64,000 nt of DNA from NCBI GenBank assembly GCA_964016885.1, contig OZ024741.1, forward strand, positions 67,766,001 to 67,830,000, given 5' to 3'. Below are positions 1 to 14,051 of this stretch, in pieces. This DNA is from Eledone cirrhosa (Eukaryota). Under the pieces are notes generated by a model. The model was not told the origin of the DNA and searched no databases. It saw only the letters and a program-made list of their open reading frames with translations. Made by a program: the position numbers and the translations under genes. The stretch's first letter is position 1. Each line of letters begins with the position of its first letter.

Positions 1-243
1 CTGTGACCTTAACAATATCAGTGTGCCCCGTCAACCTCATTCTGATTAAAACTTATTTTATGCTCTGTGTTTCTATTGCAGAACCTCATGCTAGTGTTCA
101 TTTTATATGTTCTGTTAAGTGTATTTATGATCACACCGTACAATATTAACAGGGAGACTAAATATATTGCATATCGGCTCATAAACGCCTTTATTCTGTA
201 TGATGCTGTCTCATTGCCATTGATAATTTATGATTCAATACAT

Positions 244-291
<48 letters not shown>

Positions 292-292
292 A

Positions 293-342
<50 letters not shown>

Positions 343-514
343 CCTGCATGTAGACCTATGGACCTATGGACTAATTTGTAGAAAACTTATAACGAAACGA
401 TCGTTTGGAAGGAGAGATGTATTTAATTATATCTCATATAAAATAATACAGCCGGCTATCTGTAAAATACAATATAGTTAGCAGCCCAAACATATAAATA
501 GGGTTATACTCAGG

Positions 515-666
515 TATATCCTAATGTTTGTTGAGTGAGACGGAAGTCGGTCGGAGTATTGCTTAAAGCTTTCTCTGTTAATGTATTAAATATATATATC
601 CTAATGTTTGTTGAGTGAGATGGAATTGGTCGCAGTATCGTTTAAGGCTTTCTCTGTTTATGTATA

Positions 667-667
<1 letters not shown>
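515..667. repeat. Two diverged tandem copies of an ~80-bp unit
   Basis: tatatcctaatgtttgttgagtgaga...gctttctctgtt.atgtat occurs at ~515-590 and ~595-667. Confidence 0.8.
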
Positions 668-711
<44 letters not shown>

Positions 712-1324
712 AGGGGTGTATGTATTTGAGTGCGTGTGTGTGTGTGAATGTGTGTGTATATGTGTGTGCGGGTGTGGACGTACGCTTGTGGGTTTGTTTG
801 CGTGACTGTGCCTATACAGCAGAAACACCTTTGACAAACCGTGCTTTGTCACCAATATTACTGTGTTGTGGAAGGGCTACGCTGCATATTAAAAACCTCT
901 TGTCTATATAGTTATTTGTTAACCCACGAATTAATCGGTCTCTCAAACGTTTTTGTCATCGTATCGATGATCTGCCTATTTTCTATTGAAGATTTATGCT
1001 GATGAATTCAGACGAGTTAAGGACCATCTGGTAGTATGTATATATACATTTGACTTTTTATGTAGTTCTTTCTTTAAGAGTGCGATTCAACGCTGTTGCA
1101 AGAGTTTTCACAGACATTATCACAGGAGGGTTATCTGTTTGTCTTTTCTGTCTGATAAATAAAAATAACGTTACTAACTTTGCGTTCCATCCCTACTCAC
1201 TACTTAACACTGGGTGAAAACTAACTGTATGTATGAGAGGATTCTCTCAATTGAAATCAGGAATATTTGTTTGTAAACTTGATTGTTTTCTTTTGCTAGT
1301 TTAATGCCATCAAATATTTAGATA

Positions 1325-1700
1325 TTGGCACATATAAGATTCGATCTGCGGATAATATTTGCTGACAATATTTTCTTACCAATTACCAATGCTTCTCAAA
1401 ACTCGGAGGCTTTGGAGTCAGTCAACAAAACACATTACGCTCCAATAATCAGGTTATCAGCTATGTCCATGAAAGTGAAATACCAACACGTCCGTAGTTT
1501 CCTCCATTCTAATGCTGCACACAATCTGAAGTGAAGACGAGCGGGAGAAGCTGTGATGTTCTGTTCACACGTGTGGCACATTCCCAGTTGCCTGGGAGAT
1601 GGAACCATGGTCTTAATATACTGGCTTATATTCTTGTAGGCGTGAGGATCCATTAGAAGGAGGTATTATATTTGAAGAAGAAGAAAATAAGGTCACACTG
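1325..1700 (+). pseudogene. Heavily decayed RTE-type LINE C-terminal fragment
   Basis: Peptides across frames (LRIIF...NSEAL; CGTFPVAWE...GIIFEEE) loosely resemble the RTE post-RT region; many stops. Confidence 0.35.
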
Positions 1701-1765
1701 GCTAACAATCGAACGCCACAGTTTATGTATGTATGAATTCATATATGTATTTGTATATTTAGGTG

Positions 1766-1859
<94 letters not shown>

Positions 1860-2202
1860 TAAATATATATATATGTATATATGTATATATATATATGTAT
1901 GTATATGTACATATATATATATATACATATATTTCTATGTATGTATATGTATGTAAATTCGTACGTATGTATGCGTGTTTGTATGCCTGTGTGTGTGAAC
2001 GCATGTTTGCATGTATATGCGTGTGTATATGTACGTACGTACATATGTATGTATGTATATATGTATATATAGTGAAAACATCAAACAATCATTTATATCC
2101 TAAAACTTTACAAAGACTGGCTTAATGCCTAAAGATAAAACAAAAAAAAAGCCACATACATTCTTAATAAAACTTTGACTAGTATTCGTCAAAAGAAATA
2201 TT

Positions 2203-3065
2203 TCTTCTTCTTCTTCTTCTTCTTCTTCTTCTTCTTCTTCTTCTTCTTCTTCTTCTTCTTCTTCTTCTTCTTCTTCTTCTTCTTCTTCTTCTTCGCCCAC
2301 TCATTCCTGAGAGGGTCGTGGGGGAAGAGTCCTCAAACACTCCCATCCAACAGGTTCTGTCAGAAGCAACCGCTTCTAAGTGATTCGTGAGATCACCCAA
2401 TCTTATGAATGTTAACGAATCATCTTGCTCGGGGTCTACCCCAGGGTCCCCTGCCGATAAGTTTATCACGTAAAATCTGTCTATCTGGTCTTTCCATTTG
2501 TCCATAGTACCGGAGCTGTGATCTTTCAATTCAGAGCAGTAGCGGCTCTACCTGGAGCGACTGTCTGATCTCCAAGCTACGCACTCTATCGAGTATTCGC
2601 GATCGTAAACTTTCGGTAATTACCCAAGATTCATGACCATAGGTAAAGCTTGGCACAAATATCAAATTGAAGATAGCGCGTTTGGCTTTTACACCTACCT
2701 CTCTTCTTCTGATTAACTAATGCTGAATCTGGCGCATTACTGCATCAGCTTTTGCAATTTTTGAATTTAATTCAGCCTCCTACCTTCCATCTCTCGTGAA
2801 CAAGGCCCCGAGATAATTGCTCTCCTCCACCTGCTTTAGTGGAACTCTATTCGCATGTAGAGTGCACTACCCAGGCTTCCTTGAAAGGACGAGTGTCTCA
2901 GTTTTCACTGATTTTCATTCCAGCCATGCAGCACTCAGCATCAAATAATTCATGTGCATACCGGAGATCACCCTCTATCGAATGAAGTTGACAAGTTGGC
3001 AAATGTAGAATCAGCCGAAGGTTCTACATTTCCAACCCGGCTGCCCATGTCAATCTTGTTCATGA
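2203..3065 (-). mobile_element. RTE-clade LINE 3' fragment with (GAA)n tail
   Basis: Minus-strand LEAVASDRTCW end motif; shares gagggtcgtgggggaag terminus with 51.7 kb copy; abuts (TTC)n 2203-2294. Confidence 0.7.
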
Positions 3066-3144
3066 AAATAAGTACTATTTTTATTACTACTGTTGCTATT
3101 ATTTTCATAGTATTGTTATTGTTGTTGTCGTTGTTATCAATAAC

Positions 3145-3178
<34 letters not shown>

Positions 3179-3573
3179 TCATTATCATCAATTTTATAAG
3201 CATCACTGCCTACAAAATAATCGATATTGTGTCGAATGTTCCGACCAAACATGACAGGCTTGGCGTAGATATTTCCCAAATACCATTTACGCACATAAAT
3301 TTCTTCATTTTTTTTCTATTCTGTCTGTCTTTGAAACTTCATAAAAGGAGACTGGACACTTTGAGGTTTGACTCCAAAATAATTGGATTTTTCGCTAGCG
3401 GTTAGCTGGCGATAAATCATAGAGATTTATATAAGTATACATTTATCTATCAATGTAGGTATGTACGTCTATGTGCATACATACACACGCATATGGTTAA
3501 ATGTACGCGGGCACACACGCACTCTCACTCACACGTATGTGTGTATATACACACATACACACACATATATCTA

Positions 3574-3660
<87 letters not shown>

Positions 3661-4200
3661 GCATATTATATACATATATATATTCTGCATAGACGTACAC
3701 ATACATATATGCCCATATCAATGTATGTATATATATAATTATTATATTACGAGTATATACATCTGTAGACACATAAATATTGAAAATCGTTCATGTATTC
3801 ATGCCTGCATACATATCAAACATAATCTTGTAGAAATCTTGTAGGTTATATCATATAGATAGAAATAAAGAAACACACAAACACATTCTCAATCGTACAG
3901 ACACTCATATGCATAAAATCATACAGGTATATTATTATTATGCGCACACACCTCCCAAGTAAATTATATAGGCGTGCGCCCATTAATGAGTATTTGCAAA
4001 GAACCAACATTATCGGATATATATATACAAACATATATACACACATATATACATATATACGTATATATATGGTGGGGTGTCTGTGCGTGTAATGTATATA
4101 TTGTCGTGATGGCACGGTAAAATTTGGGATTGTTTACCTAGTTTTAAGCTAGAGAAATTATATTCTGTCCTTACTTTACCTATTATAGAAATAAATATAG

Positions 4201-4389
4201 GGCGGTGAATTAGCAGTATCGGTAGAGGGTCGGACGCCATGCTTTCTAGCATAGTTACGTCCCTTTACAGTCTGAGTTCAAATCCCGCCGAGGTTAACTT
4301 TGCCTTTCATCCTTACGGGGTCGATAATATAAAGTACCAGTAATGTACTGCGTAATTGCAGGCCTTGTGCCTAAAGTAGAAACAATTAT
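4201..4389 (+). mobile_element. tRNA-derived SINE, family S1
   Basis: A/B-box-like head (ggcggtgaattagcag...gagttcaaatcc), central ctttgcctttcatccttacggggtcgata, tail ggccttgtgcctaaagtagaaacaatta; more than 12 copies in window. Confidence 0.85.
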
Positions 4390-4747
4390 AGAAATATACG
4401 ATCCACCATGCTGCATCCTTAAGCCAACAGGCACGTTATGAAAGCTTCGCCTCAAACTAAACTGTTTTGGACAATATTGCTTCCTTAACACAAGCAGGGC
4501 GACATTTATACGTATATACATGATGGCTGCAACTCGATTCCGAGTAATGCCATCGCTTGATACTTAAGCATGAGCATCACGGACGTGGATTTTTAGTCCT
4601 GTTAGGGACTTACCTATAGCCAGCAATACCATGCATCGAGGATACACCCAGACGATTACAAAGCTTGTACCTATCTAGAACTCTAACACAGTACTTTTTT
4701 TCTACACTATACTGTTCATTTATGTACGGAATTTCTTTCCACCCACC

Positions 4748-4794
<47 letters not shown>

Positions 4795-5260
4795 GAACGT
4801 GTGAGTACAATTTGGTCCTCAATCCATCTAATCTAGAAGCGTGACAATACGTGTGTATATATGTACATATATATACGACTATGTATGTATATGCATCTGT
4901 TTATTTGCTTTTCTGTACGATTAAAAGAGAGCTATCATGCAGAAATCAGTTTTAGAAATGTGGGCTGTTTTCAACCCACTATGCACAATGAAGAGTTAAG
5001 TTGAATTGGGAGGAATTTGAACGTAGAATGAAATTATTGAGAATGGAATAACACAAAACAGTTCTCTCTGCCACAACTCCTAGTTTTATATAGCAATGAT
5101 CTCGTTGGAATTCTATACGCTCCGATGATGAATATTCCAATATTTCGATCAACCGAACATGAAATTACCGTGTGAATTGCTGGGCATTCCACGTTCTTCT
5201 CAGGGAGATTCAACATAACACAGCGAAAGTCTCTACCATTCGGCCATCATGTGTTATATA

Positions 5261-5468
5261 CCGTATATACTCGAATATAAAGCAATCCGAATATAACCCG
5301 ACCTCTATTTTATGTCTGAGTAATTAGCAAACTTTCAGACTCTGTTTATAAGCCGAGACACCAAATCAACTCATTATGTTTAGATGGTAAATATAAGCCG
5401 ACACCCACCCCGCCATCTAACAGCGATTTTAGTTACATATTTCTCAGTTCATATACGAGTTTATACTG
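5261..5468. mobile_element. Tc1/mariner (pogo-like) MITE
   Basis: Imperfect TIRs ccgtatatactcgaatataa / tcatatacgagtttatactg, flanked by TA on both sides. Confidence 0.6.
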
Positions 5469-5803
5469 TAAGTATATAAAATATGCAGTTTAAATTTCCA
5501 GTTTCTTCATCGTTCAGAAACTAAAATCTCTCCAATATCTTAATAGTTGATTTCTATCGTAATAACCCAAACGTCTATGTAGACAACATCAAACAGATTA
5601 TAATAGTGTCAGACATATATATGCGGTGAGGAGAAACGGATTGAAGAGGTGATATTGAGGGGAACAGAGTGGGTCAGAAATAATCAACGTTGACTATTAC
5701 ATACTTTTTCTGTCACATTTCCCCTCTCTCTCATACACACACACACACAAACACACACTATATATAAATATATATATATACGTATATATATATATATATA
5801 TTT

Positions 5804-5851
<48 letters not shown>

Positions 5852-5853
5852 TT

Positions 5854-5898
<45 letters not shown>

Positions 5899-6061
5899 AT
5901 AGCATATATATAATTACAATAAGATAAGTTGCATAATTCTTCCAGATAAATATGATTTCCACGGACCAAGAACTTTTTAGTTCTTTTGAAATTATCAAGA
6001 ATGTTTGATGATTTCAAACGAATGAAACGAATGAAATTCTTTATACCAGAAACAAATTATA

Positions 6062-6152
<91 letters not shown>

Positions 6153-6173
6153 AAATATATATATATATATATG

Positions 6174-6217
<44 letters not shown>

Positions 6218-6281
6218 TACTGCCAATACTGAAATTGTATAATCAAGACCGTAGCGGTATGTCATATATCAAATCATATAT

Positions 6282-6327
6282 TTTATCTGATGAAATAATA
6301 CACTACCTTTGAAATATATATAATAAA
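6282..6327 (+). ncRNA. Minimal type I hammerhead motif, family C (stem II degenerate)
   Basis: TTTAT-CTGATGA-...-GAAA-TATATA-TA-ATAAA; stem I TTTAT/ATAAA. Confidence 0.55.
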
Positions 6328-6373
6328 GCATATATTTTGATTATGTGAATATCCTTCATTTGTTAATATTTTG

Positions 6374-6438
<65 letters not shown>

Positions 6439-7037
6439 GTTTGTTTGATAACTTCTGGCTGAGTGCTTAATTCGGTTTGTCTAAGGGAATTTCATTCCTT
6501 TGTCTCAAATTTCGAATTCACCGCCAAAACGGGGGTTACCTCCCTTGGAGAAAACCACGTGTCTATAGAGAAAGTTCCTGCTAGAACACACCCGCTGAGG
6601 CTATACAACGCAATACTTGTTGACGAAGTAAACCCTTTGTTCTGTCGTCAGACCCCTGCAAGCGGAATTAGTTGATCTCGGATTTACAGAAACCTAGCGT
6701 GGATGTTGTATGTTATATGTGATGTATATCGTATGCTATACGATATGCATCATGTATTGCTTTTGGTCTCCGCGTGATGGTCCAGGTCATTCAAAATCTT
6801 TTCCTGAGTCCAGTCTTTTTCGTTGCTATGGCAATGCCGCTGGACTGCCGATCGCTATATTTGATTTGCAAAGCTGTCTAAACGTATTTTTATTACTCTG
6901 GGGTATTATTCTCCATCGAGTGCTAAAGCTACTATCCGAATTTGCATGCGTTATCTTAGCCGCAGCCTAAAGCTTCATTAATGGTGTACTAAAATTTATA
7001 TATATATATGTATATATAAATATATATATATATATAA

Positions 7038-7175
7038 GGTAAGTTATTCCGGGTTGAATCGGAGGTAACCACAGTAAATAAGGTACTCAATACATAGCAG
7101 AGTATAAAAGTTTTAATATAGATAAGATTCTACAGGATTAGAACTGTTTCATTCTTGAGAAATCATCAGGAATAT
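7038..7175 (-). mobile_element. PLE-type terminus, family B
   Basis: Near-identical to 15797-15920 and similar to 31095-31160; starts at (TA)n and contains a hammerhead. Confidence 0.75.
7127..7173 (-). ncRNA. Minimal type I hammerhead ribozyme, family B
   Basis: Reverse complement ATTC-CTGATGA-T-TTC(TCAA)GAA-T-GAAA-CAG(TTCTAATC)CTG-TA-GAAT; intact core, GUA cleavage triplet. Confidence 0.8.
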
Positions 7176-7409
7176 ATATTCGCCACTACCATCAAGTCAC
7201 TCTACGGAGCCAAAACCAAAATGTGAATCCTTGTGGGTCGATATAATCGACTATATACATTTTAGACGGTTCCTCGACACGGCCGCCCTCTACCGACAGA
7301 AATGCGTGAAAGAATACGAGTCTAGTTATGTTTCAATTTTAACCCTAAGCTAGAACAGAGAGCTGGGTAACTTGAAAGGCTCCATCTATGTCTTTTTATC
7401 TCCCTATCT

Positions 7410-7504
<95 letters not shown>

Positions 7505-8656
7505 TGTATATATATATATATATATACAGAGAGAGAAAGAGAGAGAGAGAAAGGGAGAGAGAGGAGAGAGAGATAATCGGGATTCAGATCGATTCAGTGC
7601 TAAAGGCATAGATGCCATATATATATATATATATATTAGTGTATGTGTCTGTGATTGTATGGTGTTTATGAGTGCGTATGTGCCTGTATCAGTGTATGTG
7701 TGTCGTTGTGATTGTGTGTGTGTGCGAGAGAGAGAGAGGGGAGCGAGGGTGGCAGGATTTTCAATGATGTCTTCTTTCATTTTTGGCACAAGTTTAGATT
7801 TGCAAAGGAAACAGGAGGAAGCCATAATCAATATAATGCCTTCTAGTATATTTCTGATTTCTGGCAGTCTCGATTTTATCTCTAATCTAGCTTTGTTAGT
7901 ACAAATAATGATAACGACAGTGGTTTATAATAGACGGAAGAGTATGGATTTATTATGATAGTTTATGGGTTGTAGCTGATCTTTGCTGGCGTGGTCCACC
8001 CATCTTAAAAAAATAACGAACAAAACATAAGAACCACAAGAGAGAAACATTATCAAATTATTTATACACTGCGAATGATTAAGGCAAATTTAGATCTTTA
8101 AATCTACTGAATGGTCACAAGAGTATTACAGCGATTTATTTCTATGGTGCTGTAATGTTGATAAACTAAGTTAACAACGAGAGCGTTGATTAATTATTTA
8201 CTAATGACGAATGATTAAGACAAATTTGGACACATTCACTCATACACTCACATACACATACACACCCCCACACGTCTTTACCTTATATCTTTCTTTTCCG
8301 TCATTAGTTGAAGAGGCTGAGAGATGTATATATGTATATATGAGTGTGTATGTGAACATGTATATATGTATATGTGTATAGAGCATTAGTAGAGGTGCAT
8401 ATTAGAGCATATGCGATACGTTTATTAGTAATAAACATATATACGTCTCCTATGAGTGTGTTAAACTTTGATCATGTCCCAGCTATCTCAGTAGCCGTTG
8501 AGATAGCTGTGACATGCTTACACCTTATATCTCTCTAGCTAGAACTATGTATGTATTACGCATATACTTATCGGATATGTCTTCATATTCAGATATATTA
8601 TGTTAGCGCTATTTCTAAAATTTGTATGTACGTATGTATATATGTATGCATATATG

Positions 8657-8730
<74 letters not shown>

Positions 8731-8854
8731 GTAGGAGGTGAGTTTTATTGTAGCACAATAAAGCAATGCAAATATCGGATAAGTAGCACTCAACAATTTA
8801 TAGGACGGGAGTATAAATAATATAAAATGAAAAGATGGTTAAAAGAGTTCCATG

Positions 8855-8925
8855 TATTTTATTATGCGCATTTCAAAAACAAATATCATCATGGGATGAT
8901 ATTTGCGTTCTCATCAGATAAAATA
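8855..8925 (-). ncRNA. Type I hammerhead ribozyme with palindromic stem III
   Basis: Reverse complement TATTTTAT-CTGATGA-GAAC..AAATATCATC(CCAT)GATGATATTTGTT..-GAAA-TGCGCA-TA-ATAAAATA; 8-bp stem I. Confidence 0.85.
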
Positions 8926-9056
8926 GGGAGATATGATATGAAGCTTAAAAAACACTTGCGAGCAGTGAAGTGTTAAATCAACATATGAAAAATAAAATAA
9001 GATGGATATAGGAGATTGGAAAAAAAGTGTTTTTTAAGCTTCATATCATGTCTCCC

Positions 9057-9127
9057 TATTTTATCTGACGAGAACGTAAATATCATTCCATGATGATATT
9101 TGTTTTTGAAATGTGCATAATAAAATA
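9057..9127 (+). ncRNA. Type I hammerhead ribozyme (inverted partner of 8855-8925)
   Basis: TATTTTAT-CTGACGA-long stem II-GAAA-TGTGCA-TA-ATAAAATA. Confidence 0.8.
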
Positions 9128-9162
9128 CATGGAACTCTTTTAACCATCTTTTGATTTTATAT

Positions 9163-9281
<119 letters not shown>

Positions 9282-9442
9282 ATATGTATGGATAGATCGG
9301 GTGTGGATGGATGTATAAATATTATATATCTTCTGACATTAGCCCAACACCATGAAACAGGAGAGAGTAAAGTTGGTTAAAATGTCCACAAAATATTACT
9401 GGTCCTAATTTATTGTTATGTTAATGTGTTAATATACAAACT

Positions 9443-9552
9443 GGCTGAGTGTTCAAAGAATTAAATTCGCAATCGTAAGGTTGTGATTTCGATTCCTAGA
9501 ACGGGCGATGCATTATGTCCTTGAGCAAGATACTTTATTTCATGTTGCTCCT
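9443..9552 (+). mobile_element. tRNA-derived SINE 5' part, family S2
   Basis: ggctgagtg...ttcgattcc head followed by gtccttgagcaagatactttatttcatgttgctcc; homologous to 28.85 kb and 37.08 kb minus copies. Confidence 0.6.
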
Positions 9553-9697
9553 TCTGCCAGGATTTGTGACCTACAGATATTATTAGAAATTGGAAGGACC
9601 AATGGAAACATTGTTTCCTTGGTCCGATTTACCGAGCTCCGCCCCACTCGTTAAACAAGTGAAGACTGGGATCTTGTCGACTGTCAATATATATATA

Positions 9698-9849
9698 GGA
9701 AAAGAGTCGGGACCCCTATGGCTGAGCCGTTTCGACAGCCGTTTCGACAGCTGGATCCGACTCTTTTCCTATTACCCACTCTACTACCTTAAGTATTGAG
9801 TACTCTGGTGCGTTATGGTCCACCTGGTATCTTACCACACCCTCTTTGC

Positions 9850-9885
<36 letters not shown>

Positions 9886-9987
9886 TAGATATATAGGAAC
9901 GAGTAGGACCCCGACGGCTGAGCTCAAGCCGTTTCGACGGCTAATTCTGCGTTATGGTCCACCTGGTTCCTTACCACATTTCCTTCG

Positions 9988-9990
<3 letters not shown>
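9698..9990. mobile_element. Two short PLE-type termini, family A
   Basis: Share gaccccgacggctgagc...ccgtttcgac (inverted arm) and tail gcgttatggtccacctgg...ttaccac with 15.3 kb and 32.2 kb; TA/GA-flanked. Confidence 0.75.
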
Positions 9991-10030
<40 letters not shown>

Positions 10031-10068
10031 GGAAATATATGTTTATACATATGTATATACATACATAG

Positions 10069-10136
<68 letters not shown>

Positions 10137-10476
10137 ATGTGTGTATGTGTGTGTGTGTGTGTATGCATGTATCTATGAATGTATATATATATATATATGT
10201 ATGTATATACATTAGGGTTGCCCTTATTTTTCCACATTCTAGAAGTTCAGCTCTCACCCCTTTATCTTGTTTCAATTAATAAAACACCAATCTATGCACA
10301 ATTTTAGCTCAAGGGGACAGTTAGAAGGCGACCCTCATCGACCGTGAAAGTTTGAAGATTTCACCCGGAAAGTCATTTTATTCAGATAAGAATTTTGTTA
10401 TCTTTTTTATAATTTTCTTTTAAATTAAAAACTTCAGACTTATTCTTGCTCTTAGAAGGATAAGTGACAATAAATA

Positions 10477-10662
10477 TAATTGTTTCTACTTTTTGGCACA
10501 AGGCCAGCAATTACCCAGTGCATTACTGGTACTTTATTTTATCGACCCCGTAAGGATGAAAGGCAAAATTAATCTCGGCGAGATTTGAACTCAGAATGGC
10601 AAGGACCATAACTCCATGCGTCAAAGTATGGCGTCCGACCCCTACCGATACTGCCAATTCGA
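10477..10662 (-). mobile_element. SINE S1 copy
   Basis: Reverse complement of the 4201-4389 consensus. Confidence 0.85.
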
Positions 10663-10669
10663 CAATAAA

Positions 10670-10910
10670 TATAATGGTGAAGGCAGCTTGCAAAGCTGGG
10701 GACAGAGCGCACGTATAGGGCAAACACCTATTTTTCGCTGTGGGAGCAGCAAAGTTTCGGAAAATTACCTATTATAACCACATACATATATATGTATATT
10801 GGGGTGGCCTTTAGCAATAGGTAATTTTCCGAAACTTTGCTGTTCCCACAGCGAAAAATAGGTGTTTGCCCTATACATGCGCTCTGCCCCAGCTTTGCAA
10901 GTTGCCTTCC

Positions 10911-10916
<6 letters not shown>
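10670..10916. mobile_element. Head-to-head pair of an ~120-bp MITE-like unit
   Basis: Arms ~10670-10773 / ~10816-10915; right unit bounded by tattgggg...ccccaata; related piece at ~12220-12265. Confidence 0.6.
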
Positions 10917-10951
<35 letters not shown>

Positions 10952-11114
10952 GGACATTTGGAAACTCTGCTTCGTAGAATCGAGTTGTATCTGAGGACCT
11001 TGCGATTACAGAGTCAGGTTCGATCATTACATCGGTCTCTGGTCGCCAGAGCAACGATTGTAGTATGTCTAATACATTTTATTCGTCGCAACACTGATTC
11101 TCCATTTCTTATGT

Positions 11115-11152
<38 letters not shown>

Positions 11153-11249
11153 TGATATGTGTATATATACTTTCCTTACTATCCTTGCTTTCATATTTCT
11201 CCTCGCCCCTCTTTTCTCACTGTATGTGTATATAAACAAGTACATAGAT

Positions 11250-11582
11250 ACAAGGAGAAAGGGAGAGCAAGGATAAAAGGAGAGTAAGGAGAGCAAGGAA
11301 AGCAAGGAGAGCAATGAGAACAGGAGAGCAATGAGAGCAATGAGGAAAAGAGAGCAAGGATAAAAGGAGGGCGACGATAGCAAGGATAAAAGGAGAGCAA
11401 GGAGAGCAAGGCGAAAAGAAGAACAAGGAGAGCAAGGAGAAAGGGAGAGCAAGGAGAGAAATGATAAAAGGAGAGCAAAGAGAGAAATGATAAAAGGAGA
11501 GCAAGGAGAGAAATGATAAAAGGAGAGCAAGGAGAGAAATGATAACAGGAGAGCAAAGAGAGCAAGGAGAGGAAGGAGAGAA
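11250..11582. repeat. Purine-rich tandem repeat (aaggagagc / aatgataaaaggagagc units)
   Basis: Direct inspection. Confidence 0.85.
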
Positions 11583-11751
11583 AGGGGTGGGGGACATGGA
11601 GCATCGGGAGCTAGCGTAGGAAGTGGATGAGAGGGAGTAGAGGGGGAAGGGGTGGAAATGGAAGTAGGAGATAAAGGATGGGGAGGGTTGAGGTAGAGGA
11701 GAAAGGGGAAGGGGTGGAATTGGATGATGAAGAGATGAGGTGCCTATATAG

Positions 11752-12042
11752 ATATGTGGTTATATATATATACAATGTATATATGTGGTTATATATATAT
11801 ATATATATACAATATATATATGTGGTTATATATATATACAATGTATATATGTGGTTATATATATACAATGTATATATGTGGTTATATATATATACAATGT
11901 ATATATGTGGTTATATATATACAATGTATATATGTGGTTATATATATATACAATGTGTATATGTGGTTATATATATATACAATGTATATATGTGGTTATA
12001 TATACAATGTATATATGTGGTTATATATATATACAATGTATA
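11752..12042. repeat. Minisatellite gtggt(ta)n-caatg-tatatat, about 10 units of 24-36 bp
   Basis: Direct inspection; only the TA run length varies. Confidence 0.9.
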
Positions 12043-12750
12043 CATTATATACATTTGCTGGGGTTGCCTGGATGTGTCCACATAAATTTCTCTAAGAAGA
12101 AGAAAATGAACAGAATTAATCGTTGGATATACTATGTTCCAACTTCAAGGCGTTTTAACAGTTGTCCGATTTAGCTGAAATTTTGCACACCCCGTTTGTT
12201 TGTTGATTGGAATTAGGGGATGGGAGCAGCAAAATTCTAACTTTAGGAAAATTACCTATTGCTAATATACATATATATATATATCACGTTCAGGGAATAA
12301 AAGGGATTTGGTAAAATGCTGCTTAAAACATATATGGATGTAAGGTTATCGTAACCATATATGGATAAAAGGTTATGTATGTAGCTCCTTCTGTATGTGT
12401 TTATGTGTGATTCAGAAAATGACATGTGTGTATTTCTATCTGTGTTTGCGTCCTACGTAATGCGGATTTCATTTTCGAATTATCTTTAAAATATAGAAAA
12501 TAAATTTTAACTGTTGCCCTGCAGACAAAACAAATCTATTGTTGTTTCTGTTTATTAATCACAGGTTTTATTGGAACTCATCTGAACGATAAGATTAATT
12601 AAACTCAGAGATTGAGATAATGAGAATGAGTGCTTCATTTTAATACTGCTTTCTTTCATTCTATCAAGATCGCTTTCTCATTAAATTTTGATATCTTTTG
12701 TTAGCTCATGGTTATTTTTGCTTAGAATACTAACTAGTAGAGTTAAATGA

Positions 12751-12843
<93 letters not shown>

Positions 12844-12949
12844 ATATATATACAATATATATATATATTTATATATATACATGTGTGCGCGTGGGTCTGT
12901 GTGTATGTGTAATAAATATACATAGATATATATATACACACACACACAC

Positions 12950-12991
<42 letters not shown>

Positions 12992-13018
12992 CTGTGTGTG
13001 TGTGGGTAAGAAATATAC

Positions 13019-13057
<39 letters not shown>

Positions 13058-13390
13058 ATGTGTGTGTGTCTGTGAATGTGTGTATGTGTGTGTGCGTTTT
13101 TGCGTGTGTGTGTGTCCCTGTGTGTGTAAGAAATATACATAAATAAATATATATGGGTGCGTGTGAGTGTGTGGCTGTGTGTGTGTTTTTGTATGTGTTT
13201 GTGTATGTATGTGTGTGTGTGTGTGCGTCTGTGTGTACGTGCAGATTTTGCTTAATACTTGTTACATTGCTATACCTGGTTTCTCCATAATGTCATTCTT
13301 CTGCTCATGTTTCTTAAACCATCTTTATATATTGTTCTATACATTCTAGATTCTAGCATAGATTTCTCCTTGTTTAATATTGATTGAATG

Positions 13391-13394
13391 TCTA

Positions 13395-13441
<47 letters not shown>

Positions 13442-14051
13442 TGAGGATATCCGTCTGTGTGTGTGTGTGTGTGAGTTTGAATCCCTAAATCTCGAGAAGT
13501 ACCCAACCGATTTTTGTCAAACTTTACATGTGTTTCAGTTATGTTTCAGGGAGTGTTATGCACATAAATTTTTTGATCCCCTAGTGCCCGCATTGGGTGG
13601 AAAACTGCGTTTTTAAGCTTTTTAGGGGTTTTTTGAGGCGTTGCGTCAGACCGATTTCCTTGAAATTGTAACTATGTATTAGTCAGTCTCTTCTTCATAC
13701 TGTGAGCAAAGAAAACCCAACTTTGTTATGGCCTAGGGCCCGCATTAGGTGAAAAACTTCATATTTTTCAGCTTTTCAGGGCTTTTTTGAGGCGTTATGT
13801 CTAGCCGATTTTCTCAAAATTTCAAGGCATATTATGCACATAAAAGAAATTTCATTTTCTTGATCCCCTACGTGAAAACCTGCATTTTTCCTGCTTCATC
13901 GAGGAAAATCTTAAAGATTATCCAGCCATCAGATTATTCGGTTTACTTTCTTTACATATTGACCAGGCATGCAGGTTTTCCACGATTAGGTCTGTTGGCG
14001 GCCCGCGTTCCAAAATAGCCTATCCCGTGCAACGCCGGGTACCACTGCTAG
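13391..14051 (+). mobile_element. Non-autonomous Helitron-like element
   Basis: 3' hairpin cccgtgcaacgccggg followed by CTAG|T at 14048-14052; 5' tc...tatataaaa and (TG)n; internal ~120-bp subrepeats with ccgattt. Confidence 0.75.

Noticed and set aside
993-1040. Hammerhead at ctgatgaattcagacgagttaag
   Set aside because: GAAA is absent (TAAG) and stem I is weak; at best a decayed relic
4530-4752. Tc1/mariner end (caccctgta)
   Set aside because: Only one TIR-like end was found, with no matching partner or transposase
10985-11070. Hammerhead at ctgaggacct...aggttcgatc with a long hairpin
   Set aside because: No GAAA and no stem I complement, although the island is TA-flanked and may be a decayed PLE terminus
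11752-12042. CRISPR-like array
   Set aside because: No unique spacers, no cas genes, and a eukaryotic context
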